From Octopus sinensis (lineage: Eukaryota): a DNA stretch of 64,000 nucleotides. Position 1 is the stretch's first letter. Every line of letters begins with the position of its first letter. Where the stretch lies: contig NC_042998.1 in assembly GCF_006345805.1 (NCBI RefSeq), positions 60,574,001-60,638,000 on the forward strand. Direction: 5' to 3'. This document shows positions 1 to 11,515 of the stretch, piece by piece. Below the pieces are notes generated by a model. That model saw nothing but the letters and a program-made list of their open reading frames with translations. It did not search any database and was not told where the DNA came from. Made by a program: the position numbers and the translations under genes.

Positions 1-59
1 TGTTTGTTTGTACTCCACCTGCCTTCGTCTTTTGTTTATTTTCGTAAACCTTCCCGTTA

Positions 60-65
60 TATATA

Positions 66-101
<36 letters not shown>

Positions 102-178
102 TGTATGTATGTATGTATGTATGTATGTATATGTATGTATGTATGTATATGTATATATGTGTGTATATATATATATAT
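60..178. repeat. (TA)n/(TATG)n microsatellite
   Basis: Pure tatg and ta runs; source of the MYVCMYVC artefact ORFs. Confidence 0.95.
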
Positions 179-234
179 AAACTTACTTGGAGAAAAGAAA
201 AGAAACGAAACGACGCGAGGGCGCTCAGTCATAC

Positions 235-709
235 AATAATTTAATAAATAAAATATATGCATACATACATACATATATGTACGTACCTACATCTACATGT
301 ATATATACATGTATATATATAGGCTTAAAAAAAAGGCCCTTAATGTTGGCTTCCTTGTCCTGTTTTTATTCTTTATGTGTACTGTATATTTTTATATTTG
401 CATTTGTATTTTTATTTGTATTGCTTTTACGTCCTGTTCTTGTCACATTTTTTCTTTCCTTGTTTTTACCCCTCTGCAAGGGAATTTTATTTAATTCTTT
501 TGCAGGAAGGATTATTTCGACGGGTCGTGTTCTGTCCTTACCTTCGAAACACGCATGGAGTCGAACCAGGGACAGCTGATGAAGGGGAATATTCCTTGTA
601 TTGTTTGTCTTGTACTCTGTTTTTTCGTTGTTAAAAAAAGGCCGTTTCCATGTTTGTTTTTATGTTTTCGTTTCTCGTTGAGTTCTACGTCTATTTGTGG
701 TGTCCTGTA

Positions 710-743
<34 letters not shown>

Positions 744-817
744 TGTATATATACATGTAGATGTAGGTACGTACATATATGTATGTATTTATGCATATAT
801 TTTATTTATTAAATTAT
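235..817. mobile_element. Element bounded by ~85-bp inverted repeats (MITE/foldback-like)
   Basis: 235-320 is the reverse complement of 733-817, including the non-repetitive core gtacgtacctacatctacatgt. Interior 571-720 recurs at 52865-53012. Confidence 0.6.
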
Positions 818-1087
818 TATATATATATATATATAATATATATATATATATATAATCCCAAAAAAGAACGAATAAAAAACACAAGAAAAAAAACTACGCG
901 AGGACGTGGTACAAGCAAAGTATTAACAGACGCTCAGGAAAGGAAAGAAAGTTAGTTTTACGTTTCGAGCAAATTTCTTCTTCAGAAACAGGAGACAGAG
1001 GAAAGACCAAGAGAAAAGGAAAACGGTTTGAGGTGGGGGGGGGGGGGATTCACATGTAGTTACATTTTGAAATATATATACATATAT

Positions 1088-1255
1088 ACACGACGGGCTT
1101 TTTTCAGTTTCCGTCTACTAAATCTAGTCACAAAGCTTTGATCGGCTCAAGGCTATAAAAGACGACACTTGCTGAAGGTGCCACATAGTGGGACTGAACC
1201 CGGGAACCATGTGGTTAGGAAGCAAGCTTCTTACCACACAGCCACGTCTACGCCT
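1088..1255 (-). mobile_element. tRNA-derived CORE-type SINE (family A), 5' part
   Basis: Reverse complement gives the head ggctgtgtggtaag...ggttcagtcccact followed by a CORE-like gcaccttcagcaagtgtc; same family as 51739-52146. Confidence 0.8.
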
Positions 1256-1433
1256 AAAATTTGCATCTCAAGTTTAGCATTGTTCTTCAGAGCCAGAAAT
1301 TACTGAAGATACCCCCAAACAACTCGTAATCCACTACAAAATCCAATGGGATTGTTCTATTAACTTGACTGATTGGCTGGAAATCGGACTCTGCTCTCAG
1401 GCATTCTATCTCCTCTCTCTGCCTTTTCTTTCC

Positions 1434-2030
1434 ATGGCTTTAGTGTGTGGAGTTACGAAGCTTGGTCTCGGGTTCACTCCTACTATGCGACACCTTGGGC
1501 AAGTGTCTTCTGGTATAGCACCGGGCCGATTAATGTCTTGAGTGTAAATTTGTTAAACAGAAACTGTGTGGAAGCTAGTCGTACCTTTGTGTTTGTTTGT
1601 TCCCCGCAACTTCTTGACATCTGGTATGGATTTGTTTCTTCCTTCCCCGTAAATAGCAGTTCGGCAAAAGAAACCGATAGAGTTAGTACCTGAGTTAATA
1701 GTGTCTGTTATGTAATCATAACAACAAACAAGAACAATCAACATTTCCCATTGTCTCCCTTGATACAAGGACATTCAGTAAGTTTCCCGCCACAACAAAT
1801 ACCTTGTACAACAACGGCAGTCTAATAAAGTATCTCGTATCGTTAACACGTTTTTTCAGTCTCTCTCATTTTCTTAATCTTTCATACTAAGTACTCACTA
1901 TTTCCTTTATTACTCAATACATTATATATATATATATATAACAACAACAGTGTCTTGAGGTTGATTTGTTCGATTAAAACCCCTGAAGGCGGTGCTCTAG
2001 CATGGCTGTATTCCATTGATTAAAAGGAGA
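1434..2030 (+). mobile_element. Decayed family A SINE interrupted by ~260 bp
   Basis: CORE motif accttgggcaagtgtcttc at ~1492; body runs to 1690; tail gaaggcggtgctctagcatggc resumes at ~1985. Confidence 0.65.
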
Positions 2031-2218
2031 TATAAAAAAAAATACATTCAAAGGTGTTACGACTTAATATCGATTTATTTTTTTAAGAGTTAATCCCATA
2101 CTTTGCTGTGATATCTTGGAAAGAGTATACAGATGTCCCAGTGACTAACTTTAAACATGTTAATGTTTGCGCTTATGCTGAAATACGGAATACTTGTTAT
2201 ACTTTCAGTCAAATATAC

Positions 2219-2438
2219 CAGTGCTCCGTAACCGGTATCCCGCGGCACACTGGTGTGCCATGAGACGATGCTAGGTGTGCCGCAGTGTAACCTACATATT
2301 ATTTTTTTTCCCCTTATACTTTTAGTAATATTTTAAAGTTCAGGTGTACCGTAGAATTTTGAAGGATATGTTCCATAGATCCATTTTGAAAACAATATAA
2401 GTGTACCGAAAGTGAAAAAAAACGGTTACGGGGCACCG
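2219..2438. mobile_element. hAT-like MITE
   Basis: TIRs cagtgctccgtaaccg / cggtgccccgtaaccg (14/16); 8-bp flanks aaatatac / atatatac (7/8), the hAT TSD length. Confidence 0.7.
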
Positions 2439-2439
2439 A

Positions 2440-2755
2440 TATATACGAATAAAATGCTTTCAGGAAATTTAATCTCTTGAGAACATATCCCCTTTCAAAT
2501 GCATGAAAGAGAGGAGGAGGAGGAGGAGGAAAAGGAGAGAAGAGGGGGAGCTAGAGGGAGAGAAGTGGTGAGAGGGCAATAAGGAGGTGGGTGGCGAATG
2601 TCATCTTTGCTCGTCTTTAAAGTCTATTATTAAGTCAGCACAAATTAAGTTGTAATTATCCAAGCCAAGAGTTACGTCCCTTGTGTCGCTGCGTTTGCCT
2701 TGAAATTGTTAGTTTACATTTGACTGAAATCGTCAAAACCAAATATATTGCTGAC
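2440..2755 (+). promoter_or_regulatory. Putative NT5C3 promoter / 5' UTR
   Basis: CpG-retaining region with a GA-rich tract (2508-2580), directly upstream of the ATG-GAT-ATA|GTGAGT exon; in-frame stop at 2618-2620 and no earlier in-frame ATG after it. Confidence 0.45.
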
Positions 2756-2764
2756 ATGGATATA
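2756..2764 (+). CDS. NT5C3: NT5C3 probable first coding exon (MDI)
   Basis: gacATGg context; consensus donor GTGAGT at 2765; phase 0 matches the phase-0 acceptor at 31315, giving MDI|FPELSSGNV. No transcript evidence. Confidence 0.6.
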
Positions 2765-4295
2765 GTGAGTATAAAAAAATAAACTGGATGATCACGGCTG
2801 GAACACCTTTGATTATAGGTCTACTTGATTATGACTAAATAACAATAATAGTACATTCATCAGTTATCGAGTGCCGTTACTATTTGCATTGCATCCTCGT
2901 AGAATTAAGCTCAGTTGGTGGTGATGTAGCGAATACCGTAGACAAACCCCACAAAATATTCTTTAATTGAATTTTTTTTAGTGAAAATTAAACAAAAAAC
3001 AACGGGTTACTGACTAACTTATGAAACTTATGGCAACGTTTCGAATGATGTTATATGTATATATGTACTTTTGCCGCTCATCTCTTTTGGTTTTTGGTTT
3101 CATACATTCAGGCCTGTTAATGACTCAATTTCATAATTAATATTGAAAATTTACTTCGATTTTTTTGTCACAGCCTAAACGTTCTCGCGTATATATTTGC
3201 AAATAGTTGTATGTAGTTTTCTAAAGTCTGTTGGAGACGGAATACTAAGTTAAATACACCATCAATTGTAAAACTCTCGATTGTTTTGAGCCCTTTTCTT
3301 ATATTTTCTTTTATTTTCGATTTTCATTTTTATAATTCATCTTCATTTAAATGCAACACTTAAACAAATATATCTATTTAAAGCAAAACGTCGCATCGGC
3401 ATGCTTTTTTTTTTTTAATGACCAAAAAAAATTGGTTATCGAACAAATTGATAAATGCAGTAATTGTAATTGTTTAGTCTCAGGTCAGTACTGAAAGATG
3501 TTCCAGTCGCGATCAGCCCTTTTCTTAACGATTTAGTGTCCATTTATGATTACATTGTTCAACTTGTCCTTCTTTTTACAGAAAAATACGGTATAATTTG
3601 AAAGTTTGGTTGCTGTCTCAAGTAATCAAGCTTATCGCATAGACATATACCTTCTTTGACTATCATTACATACCTAGTATTTTGGTACAATTCCTTACAT
3701 TTCCTGCTGTTTTCGCTTTTATTATTTCGTGATCTAGCAGCAGTAGAAGTAAGAATATTTTGACTTGAAGCACGTCAATGGCTATTAAATTTAACAGCAA
3801 TGTGTAAATTCCAGAAATCAGTAATGACAACTGAAATGCGACAGCCACGTCCTGCAGCATATATAAGATTGTTCTCCAACTTTAAATGGAGAGGTTTAAC
3901 AATAAAACACACTTGGGATCTTTGCTGTTTTCATATGACACGTTTGCTAAAAGTGCAAATGAAATACATGCGATAGATCAATATGTGTGTGCGCGCGCGC
4001 GCTCATGATTATGCATATATATATCTTGTATATGTATATATGTGTGTGCGTGTCTTAGATAGATAGATAGAACGTGTATAATGGATTAGAATGTATCAAA
4101 ACGACATAGTCTGAGTGTGTGTGTGTTATTTAATCGGCAGAAGTTACAAAGATATATATATATATATACACACACACATATATACATATATACACCATAC
4201 TCATTTCCAGTTTAATACCGTATTCATAGTATTTTGTTATTTCTGTGATGCTTTAACTGTTTTTTATATATATATATATGTATATACAGATTGTA

Positions 4296-4386
4296 GGCGG
4301 AGGTAAAGAATACGTACACCACTCGTTTTCGGCTTAACAAAAACCCTAACCATAAACACCGGGTGTACGTATTCTTTACTTTTGCC
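4296..4386. mobile_element. 91-bp MITE with 9-bp TSD (Mutator-like)
   Basis: 25-bp TIRs (22/25; inner 18 bp perfect); exact flanking direct repeat cagattgta at 4287-4295 and 4387-4395. Confidence 0.8.
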
Positions 4387-5002
4387 CAGATTGTAATTTT
4401 ACAAAATATAAAATTTCGTTTCCGTATTTTGTATTAATTTTCATAATTTTCTCACACACCCAAGTAACGGTTTCTGAACTAAGATTAGGTCATCATTCGT
4501 TCTTGCCGATTAGAACATAAACGACAATAGGCCTGTAACGATTTAGTGTTATTGTAACAATATCTCCCCACTATCCTTTCGTAACTTTTAATTCTCACCA
4601 GTTCATCAATGAGATCCGTGGGTAGTGTGGAAACTTTATTTCTAAGTACAGTATGCAAAACAGAATCTTAAGTGAGAGCGTCGCGTTATGTTAAATTATT
4701 GTATAATATATATAGGCGATCTTGGAGAATAACGTGCCGTTTCCACTTTCGCAAACCTTAACATCACCTGCAGTTTTGTAGTTGAATTACATCAATAATA
4801 CTACTTCAAACAAGTGAATTTTAAGCTAATATTCGACCGCTATCGGTGCGTAGCAAGTAGTGGTCAGCAAAGATATATAACTAGTAGTTCTAGACTAACT
4901 GAAAGCTCAAGACCAGGGAAAACATCGACAAAAGGGGAAGCCGATAAATAATGATAAAAGTGACAGCTTAGCGTTGTAATCATAGATCGCCCACCAATAA
5001 CA

Positions 5003-5042
<40 letters not shown>

Positions 5043-6876
5043 CGTCATCATCATTTAGCATCTGTCTTCCATGCTGGTATGAGTTGGACGGTTTGGCAAG
5101 TTCTGGCCAGTCGTAGGACTATGTTCCAAATCAGCTTTGGAACATATACCAAATATTTCACTTAGCTTCTCTGGATTTACCATTGCCAAAGATGTCATGT
5201 AAAAGGGTTTCTCCATCTGTCTTAAACACCAAGCAGGAAGCAGAAAAACTACAGGGTTTGAAAATTAAAATAAAAATTATTAGCTAACATGGAGGGATCT
5301 ATAGTTACCCCATTCAATGCTCAGTGTTATTTCTAAGGGCATGGAAGGAGTGTCTGACAGTAAAAGGTTTAGCCACCTTGTGATCCATGAAATAGAAAAT
5401 TCTTGATATTCTGGACAAAAGGTCATATACAAAAACTCATATATCTACTATCAATTTAAGCTAAGGCCAGAAGTGTTTTTGAGGTTTTGCTGGAATGAAT
5501 AGAAGGTGACTATCATGAAAACTTTCAAACAAACACTGGATTGCTTTTTTTTTTGTTTTCTTTTTACTTTGCTCCGAGCAAAATACAATTATGCATAGGA
5601 CACACTGTAAAGTGAATAGTAGATGAACAGGGAAAGTTTAGGTTTGTGTGTGTGGGCAAGAGGGGGCTTTACTTCTGTCTCACTGAGGCTGTTCAATCTC
5701 TCTAGTATTGACACTACAAGGAAATTTCCCCAGTACACACTGTAAAATGGTTGGCAACAGGAAGGGCATACAGTCATTGAAGCCAAGCCAGACAACATGT
5801 ATAAGAACCAGTGGCTCCCTCTAAGAAATGTCTTGAACTAGGACAAGCTGTCCAACTCCTGCCAGCATGGAAAGTGAATATAAAATTATGTTGCTTGGGA
5901 ACAGGTGAGGGTTGACAACAGGAAAGGTACCTGGCTATAGAAAACCTACCTTAACAAATTCCTTCTGACCCATGCAAGCATAGAAAAGTGAAAGCTAAAT
6001 GATGATGGTGAAGAGGGGATATAAAAATATAAAATAGAATAACAGTAAGCAATTTACTTAACCCCTGGGTTAATCTTCATTGAGCAAACCTAATATAATC
6101 AAAGGCATTCCAGCACTGACCAAGAAAAAAAATGAAAAATAATGTAACTGCATTTAGTAATGTATAAAAGAGAAGGTAAAATGCTTTACATAGTACAGTA
6201 CACACTAGTGTTAGATATAAAACACCACATGTGCCACATGCCAAAAGCAAGTGAGAAGCACATACAGCCTTATCAATTCATGGTCACTGGGTTAGAACCA
6301 AATCCAGTCATGTATTGGGCAGTGTGTGTATCATCTTGTATACATAGTGAAAATTGAATTTACAAAATATGTCTTTTGACATACGCTGTCATGGCCATAC
6401 TTCAGTGTTGGAATGAAATACAACCTAATACAGAAAAAGAGTCAAAACATGAAGCAATTAGAAGTGGCTTTGGGGTGAATTTTTTTATGTTGATTTTTCA
6501 AAAAGTATTCAGCAACAACTATGACTATTTTGTGTTGGATGTTTTGCTTTTGTATACCATCTCAAGTGTGTACTTTATACAAATCATTTAACATCTCTGC
6601 CTCTTTTTACTAGCAGTAGTTCAGCTGTAAACAATAACAAAAGGCATACCAAACTTAATACCTTTAATGCCATTATTTATTTTCATATTTGTGTGAATGA
6701 ATATAATTGAAAATTAAAGATAATTTATTTTCCCAAAGTAAATTCCATGGTAAAACTTACATAAGAAAATAATGTGAATATTTCACTTTTGCCAATGCTA
6801 TTCTATATTTTTGATTTTGATTTTGATTTTTCCAGTTTCAGCTAATGAGCTGTGGCCATGCTGGGGCACCGCCATT

Positions 6877-6882
6877 AAAAAA
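6877..6882 (-). terminator. RNA polymerase III terminator (T6)
   Basis: TTTTTT on the - strand, 8 nt downstream of the tRNA discriminator base. Confidence 0.7.
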
Positions 6883-6890
6883 TTGCCTTA

Positions 6891-6963
6891 CGCCCACAGA
6901 GGGACATGAACCCGTGACCCTCAGATTAAAAGTCTGATGCTCTACCGACTGAGCTATGCGGGC
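6891..6963 (-). tRNA. tRNA-Lys(TTT), variant with impaired T-arm (possibly a pseudogene)
   Basis: GCCCGCATAGCTCAGTCGGTAGAGCATCAGACTTTTAATCTGAGGGTCACGGGTTCATGTCCCTCTGTGGGCG: 73 nt. Acceptor, D and anticodon stems are intact; the T-stem has 2 mismatches and position 58 is T instead of A. Confidence 0.88.
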
Positions 6964-8150
6964 GGGCATAATGTACCATAATGAAAGTATAATTAATTGT
7001 AGCCAAAAATTTATAAATCTAATAACTTGGTAGAAATATTCTATGTAGATTTAACTAGTGGAAACATAAAAATTTTAATCGGAATAGGAGGAGACTTACT
7101 GGGCTTGCTATATCTTTTTATGGGGTTATAAACCAAAAATGGTTGGGAATGATGGATGCAAGCATACATACACATACTTAACTCTGTTGATACCAAATCA
7201 CCAGAGACCACCTCTGATTCTTTAATACACACTTCTTGTTTTAAAGTGATCTAAATTAAAATGTTGCATTAAAATTTCATATTAATTTATGTTCCAAATA
7301 CCAGTTTCATTATGACAAAATTATTTTACTAAATTCTCTGTAATTTTCAAAATCAATTGAAACAAAGGTTATGTATTTCATTAAAAAATATATTAACACA
7401 AGGAGTAAACATAACAGACACCTTCAATACCGAGGGAAGTCAAAAGAAATACCTTGTACTGGGAAACCTGAAGGTAACTGGTGCTGCAATGAATATTGTC
7501 TATAAAATTTGAAATTTTCTGTCTTCTAATAAAATAGAATTATGAACCGTTTTTATTTAATGTTCTCATATTCTAAGTCGGCTTGAAATAAAAATACTTA
7601 TTTCAGGAAAATAATATGAAATAATTGATAATAAAATTGACCTAGAAATGCAAGGGAAACATGATACAGTAAAATTAAACGGTGTTCATTCATTACAGTG
7701 GTTAATTCCAGTCGGGTTTCTGTGAAATTGCTAACTAAGACTTAAAATTGATAAATGCATTCTCTGTAGTCATTTTAAAATAATAACATCGTGTTGAAAT
7801 TAGAGACCACTTTCCATTGTACCATATATAGAAACAATATACTCACGTAAAATGCCATACCTACTATAGCCTCGCTTGGCATTAAGGATCACTTGGTTGC
7901 TTGTTCCATGCTTTTGCTAATTGTTTTAAGTGCTTATATAATTTCAAGCAGACTCAGACAGCCCTCTCAGTCCTCCCACTTTTGATCCAATGGAACATTC
8001 AGGGCATGACAGCAAGAGAGCCAAAGCTGCACTCAGCTGACACTCCTTTCAACTGACAAGCAATGTGAAATAAAGAGTTTTATTCATGTACACAACACAC
8101 AGCAATCGAACCTCTAACCTTGTGGTCATGAACTCAACACCTGATGTATA

Positions 8151-8438
8151 TCATCATCATCATCATCATCGTTTAGCGTCCACTTTCCATGCTAGCATGG
8201 GTTGGACAGTTCAACTGAGGTCTGGGAAGCCAGAAGGCTGCACCAGGCCCAGTCTGGTCTGGCAATGTTTCTACAGCTGGATGCCCTTCCTAACGCCAAC
8301 CACTCCGTGAGTGTAGTAGGTGCTTTTTATGTGCCACCGGCACAGGTGCCAGACAAAGCTGGCAAACGGCCACGATCGGATGGTACTTTTTACGTGCCGT
8401 CGGGGCGGCGCTGGTAACGGCCACATTCGGATGGTTGT
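8151..8438 (-). mobile_element. RTE-LINE 3' end / RTE-tailed element (family C)
   Basis: (GAT)n tail and the motif gtggttggcgttaggaagggcatccagctgtagaaac; same 3' sequence as the RT-bearing copy at 16898-18008. Confidence 0.85.
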
Positions 8439-8706
8439 ATGTATGTATGTATGTATGTATAGCATGAGAGATGATTATTTGGCTCAAGCAATGAAAAGAC
8501 TAAATAGTCTATCTTTAGATTCATGCATTTTCTGTACCTTAGACAGAACCACTACCTTACCTAAGTAGCATCCAAAGTTGGATACGGTTGTTAGGAAATT
8601 GTTATAGTGGAAGTGAAAAGCAAATGAATAAAAAAGATATAGTTAAATCTTAGTAACTGGGCATGAGAAAAAAACCATAAGAAAAGTATATTTAAGACTT
8701 GGTATA

Positions 8707-9086
8707 CTTTTACTCTTTTACTTGTTGCAGTCATTTGACTGTGGCCATACTGGAGCACCACCTTTAGTCAAGCAAATCGACCCCAGAACTTATTCTTTGT
8801 AAGCCTAGTACTTATTCTATCGATCTCTTTTGCTGAACCGCTAAGTTACAGGGACGTAAACACACCAGCATCGGTTGTCAAGCAATGCTGGGGGGACAAA
8901 CACAGACACGCATACATATATACGATGGACTTCTTTCAGTTTCCGTCTTCCAAATCCACTCACAAGGCTTTGATCGGCCCAAGGCTATAGTAGAAGACAC
9001 TTGCCTGAGGTGCCTCGCAGTGGGACTGAACCCAGAACCATGTGGTTGGTAAGCAAGCTACTTACCACACAGCCATTTCTGTGCCT
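8707..9086 (-). mobile_element. Family A CORE-type SINE, near full length
   Basis: tRNA-like head, CORE-like segment, tail ...gactgcaacaagtaaaagagtaaaag; aligns end to end with 51739-52146. Confidence 0.88.
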
Positions 9087-9921
9087 ATTTTTAAGAAAAA
9101 ACAACAAAACAGCCTTTTCTGATAAAAAAAAATAAAACACGACAATAGTACAATGAGTGTGACACTAAAAGGGAAAGCGAATAAATAATTTGGTCCTCGG
9201 ATGAAGTCTTTTCTTGAGTAAATAATGGAGAGAAAAAGTGTGCTCACTAATTGAGTAGTAAGGAGAAAGAAAGATATGGCCAAAGCTGAAGCGAAGAGTT
9301 GGCAGTTAGGAACAAAAAGGGACAAAGTAGAAAGTGAGAAAGAAGGAAATGAGAGTGGTGGGGTAAGGTCACAACATTATGACATAGAAAGTGAGGTAGT
9401 GGACACCAATATCATAAATGGAAGAAATTTGACACAATGAGAACACACAAGAGATAGCATAAATGAAAAGCTGCCTCTGATCAGCTGTGTCTCTCTAACA
9501 ACTCTCAGTTTTGATGCCTTAGATAGAACTGCTATTTTCATGGTGTCAACAATCATCGAATGCTATTGTCAGGAGATTGTTATAGTGGAGACAAGGCAAA
9601 AAAAGTATTTCCCATTATTCTTACCAAAAACTTAATTTTACTTTATATAAATAGGGTTCCAATCACCTTTCTAATATTCTATGAAATTTAATCTCTTATA
9701 TTAGTAAACATGACTTCATTATCTTCTGATAGCACATATTCATTCACACTTTTCATGATTATAATGAAGCTCTTTGCAACAGATAAAATATGATTTACTA
9801 TCCATCTTAATGTTCCAAAATATAAAACTAGACCAAGAAATGCTTTGTCATATAACTTAAATTTTATTTTTACGGAGATGTACTTGCATAGCAAGTAACC
9901 TGATCTGAGATCGTGTGCTGG

Positions 9922-10210
9922 AATGTAAACAATTGCGGCATGGAAGGTGTTTATAAGCCATTTAAGAAACACAAAAACCGTTAGATTCACTTCAACATCT
10001 AAATTTAATTTGCCAAAATAATTTCGGCGCTTTGAGACCACGACCTGTTCACTGACAAAATTCCATGCTGTATCTCAGTAAACAGGTTGCGGTCTCAAAG
10101 TGACGAAAATATTTTGGCAAATTAAATTTAAATGTTGAAGTGAATCTAACGGTTTTTGTGTGTTTCTTAAATGGCTCATAAACACCTTCCATGCTGCAAT
10201 CGTTTAAATT
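9922..10210. mobile_element. ~290-bp palindromic MITE-like element
   Basis: Arms 9922-10055 and 10075-10210 are reverse complements with scattered mismatches; ~19-nt loop. Confidence 0.85.
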
Positions 10211-11140
10211 TATTTTTATCGTAAAAATGAATATTGAAAAAAAGTTTTTTTTTTTTTTTTGCTACATTGCTCCAAACTATTTTCTTCTCAGTTTCAGTTT
10301 GTGTCAAAGTACAACTAATATTAGCAACAAGTCAACTAGATTGACTGAGAACGATGTTGAGAATTGTCTTTATCTTCACATTTTTTTCCTTTTCAAGCTG
10401 ATAAAAAAAAAAAAAAATTTCACAAGCTTTTCCTTGTACATTTTATTTTTAAAATAATCAAGCCCAAGTGTATTTAAGATTAAATTGTTTATTCTAGAAC
10501 ATTCTTTTCCATACATTCATAATTCCTTTTGCTTGAATTTTACTTTTAAATTGTGCTTAAGTAAGAAATTACGCATCAATTTCAGGATTTGCATGACTTA
10601 AATGAAAGGTTTAAAATATTCAAATTTTGTTGATAATCCTCTGATATTTGCTTTGCAACTCTTTGTCTACAAACAGATCATTTCCAGAATTTTATTTTTC
10701 AGAACAGCTGAATCATTCATCACCATTTTTGCTTTCATTTTGGGAAGATTTATATTTTTGAGTTATTTCCCTTGAGCCAAAAGACTCTTTTTTTGTGAGG
10801 TTTTTTCTTCCTATTTGTTTTTTTTATATATTTCCATATGCATATATCATTTCTTTTATTCTCTTCTCATCTCCCCAATTATTCTTCTACCAACAGTTAT
10901 AATGTCAATCAATAAGATACTTTTATTCAGTTTCAAGCAAAGCTTGTTGTATTCAAACATCTCCACTGCATATTTTTTAAATGCCAGTTTTTTTCCATTT
11001 TTCATAAATATCTGGCAGTTGGAAATTTAGAAACTCAGCGTAAGGATTTGTGAAGATTCAACTTCCAGTGAATATATTATTCAGCTCTACGTTTAACATT
11101 CTCTTCTCTCTTCACATTTTAATGTTCCACAGGCATGGCT

Positions 11141-11515
11141 GTGTGGTTAAGAAACTTGCTTTTGTGACCATGTGGTTTAGGGATCAGTCTCATCATGCAG
11201 CTCATTGGGCATGTGTTTTTTTCTTTTGTAACCTCAGCTGACTGTTGCTTTCTAAGGGAATCGGGTTGACAAAAACTGTGTGGAAGCCTGTCATATACGT
11301 GTGTGTGTGTTTCCACTGCCACCACTTGACAAACATTGTTGCTTTGTTTACATCCCTTTAACATAGTAGTTTAGTGAAAGAGACCCATGGGATAAGATAT
11401 CAAACTTAAAAAGTAAGCACTAGGATTAATTTGTCCAACTATGCCCTTTAAAGTGGTGCCCCAGCATAGCCTCAGTCCAGTGACTGAGACAAGTAGAAGA
11501 TAAAAAGTTAAAAGA
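11141..11515 (+). mobile_element. Decayed family A SINE
   Basis: Head ggcatggctgtgtggttaagaa and tail aaagtggtgccccagcatagcc...gagacaagtagaagataaaaag. Confidence 0.7.

Noticed and set aside
4609-4673. ATG-containing segment with a GTGAGA donor as an alternative first exon
   Set aside because: One ATG frame stops at 4669-4671; the other ends in phase 1, incompatible with exon 2.
10620-11090. Protein-like stretches on the - strand (NPYAEFLNFQLPDIYEKWKK)
   Set aside because: Stops in all frames and no identifiable family; at most a decayed remnant.
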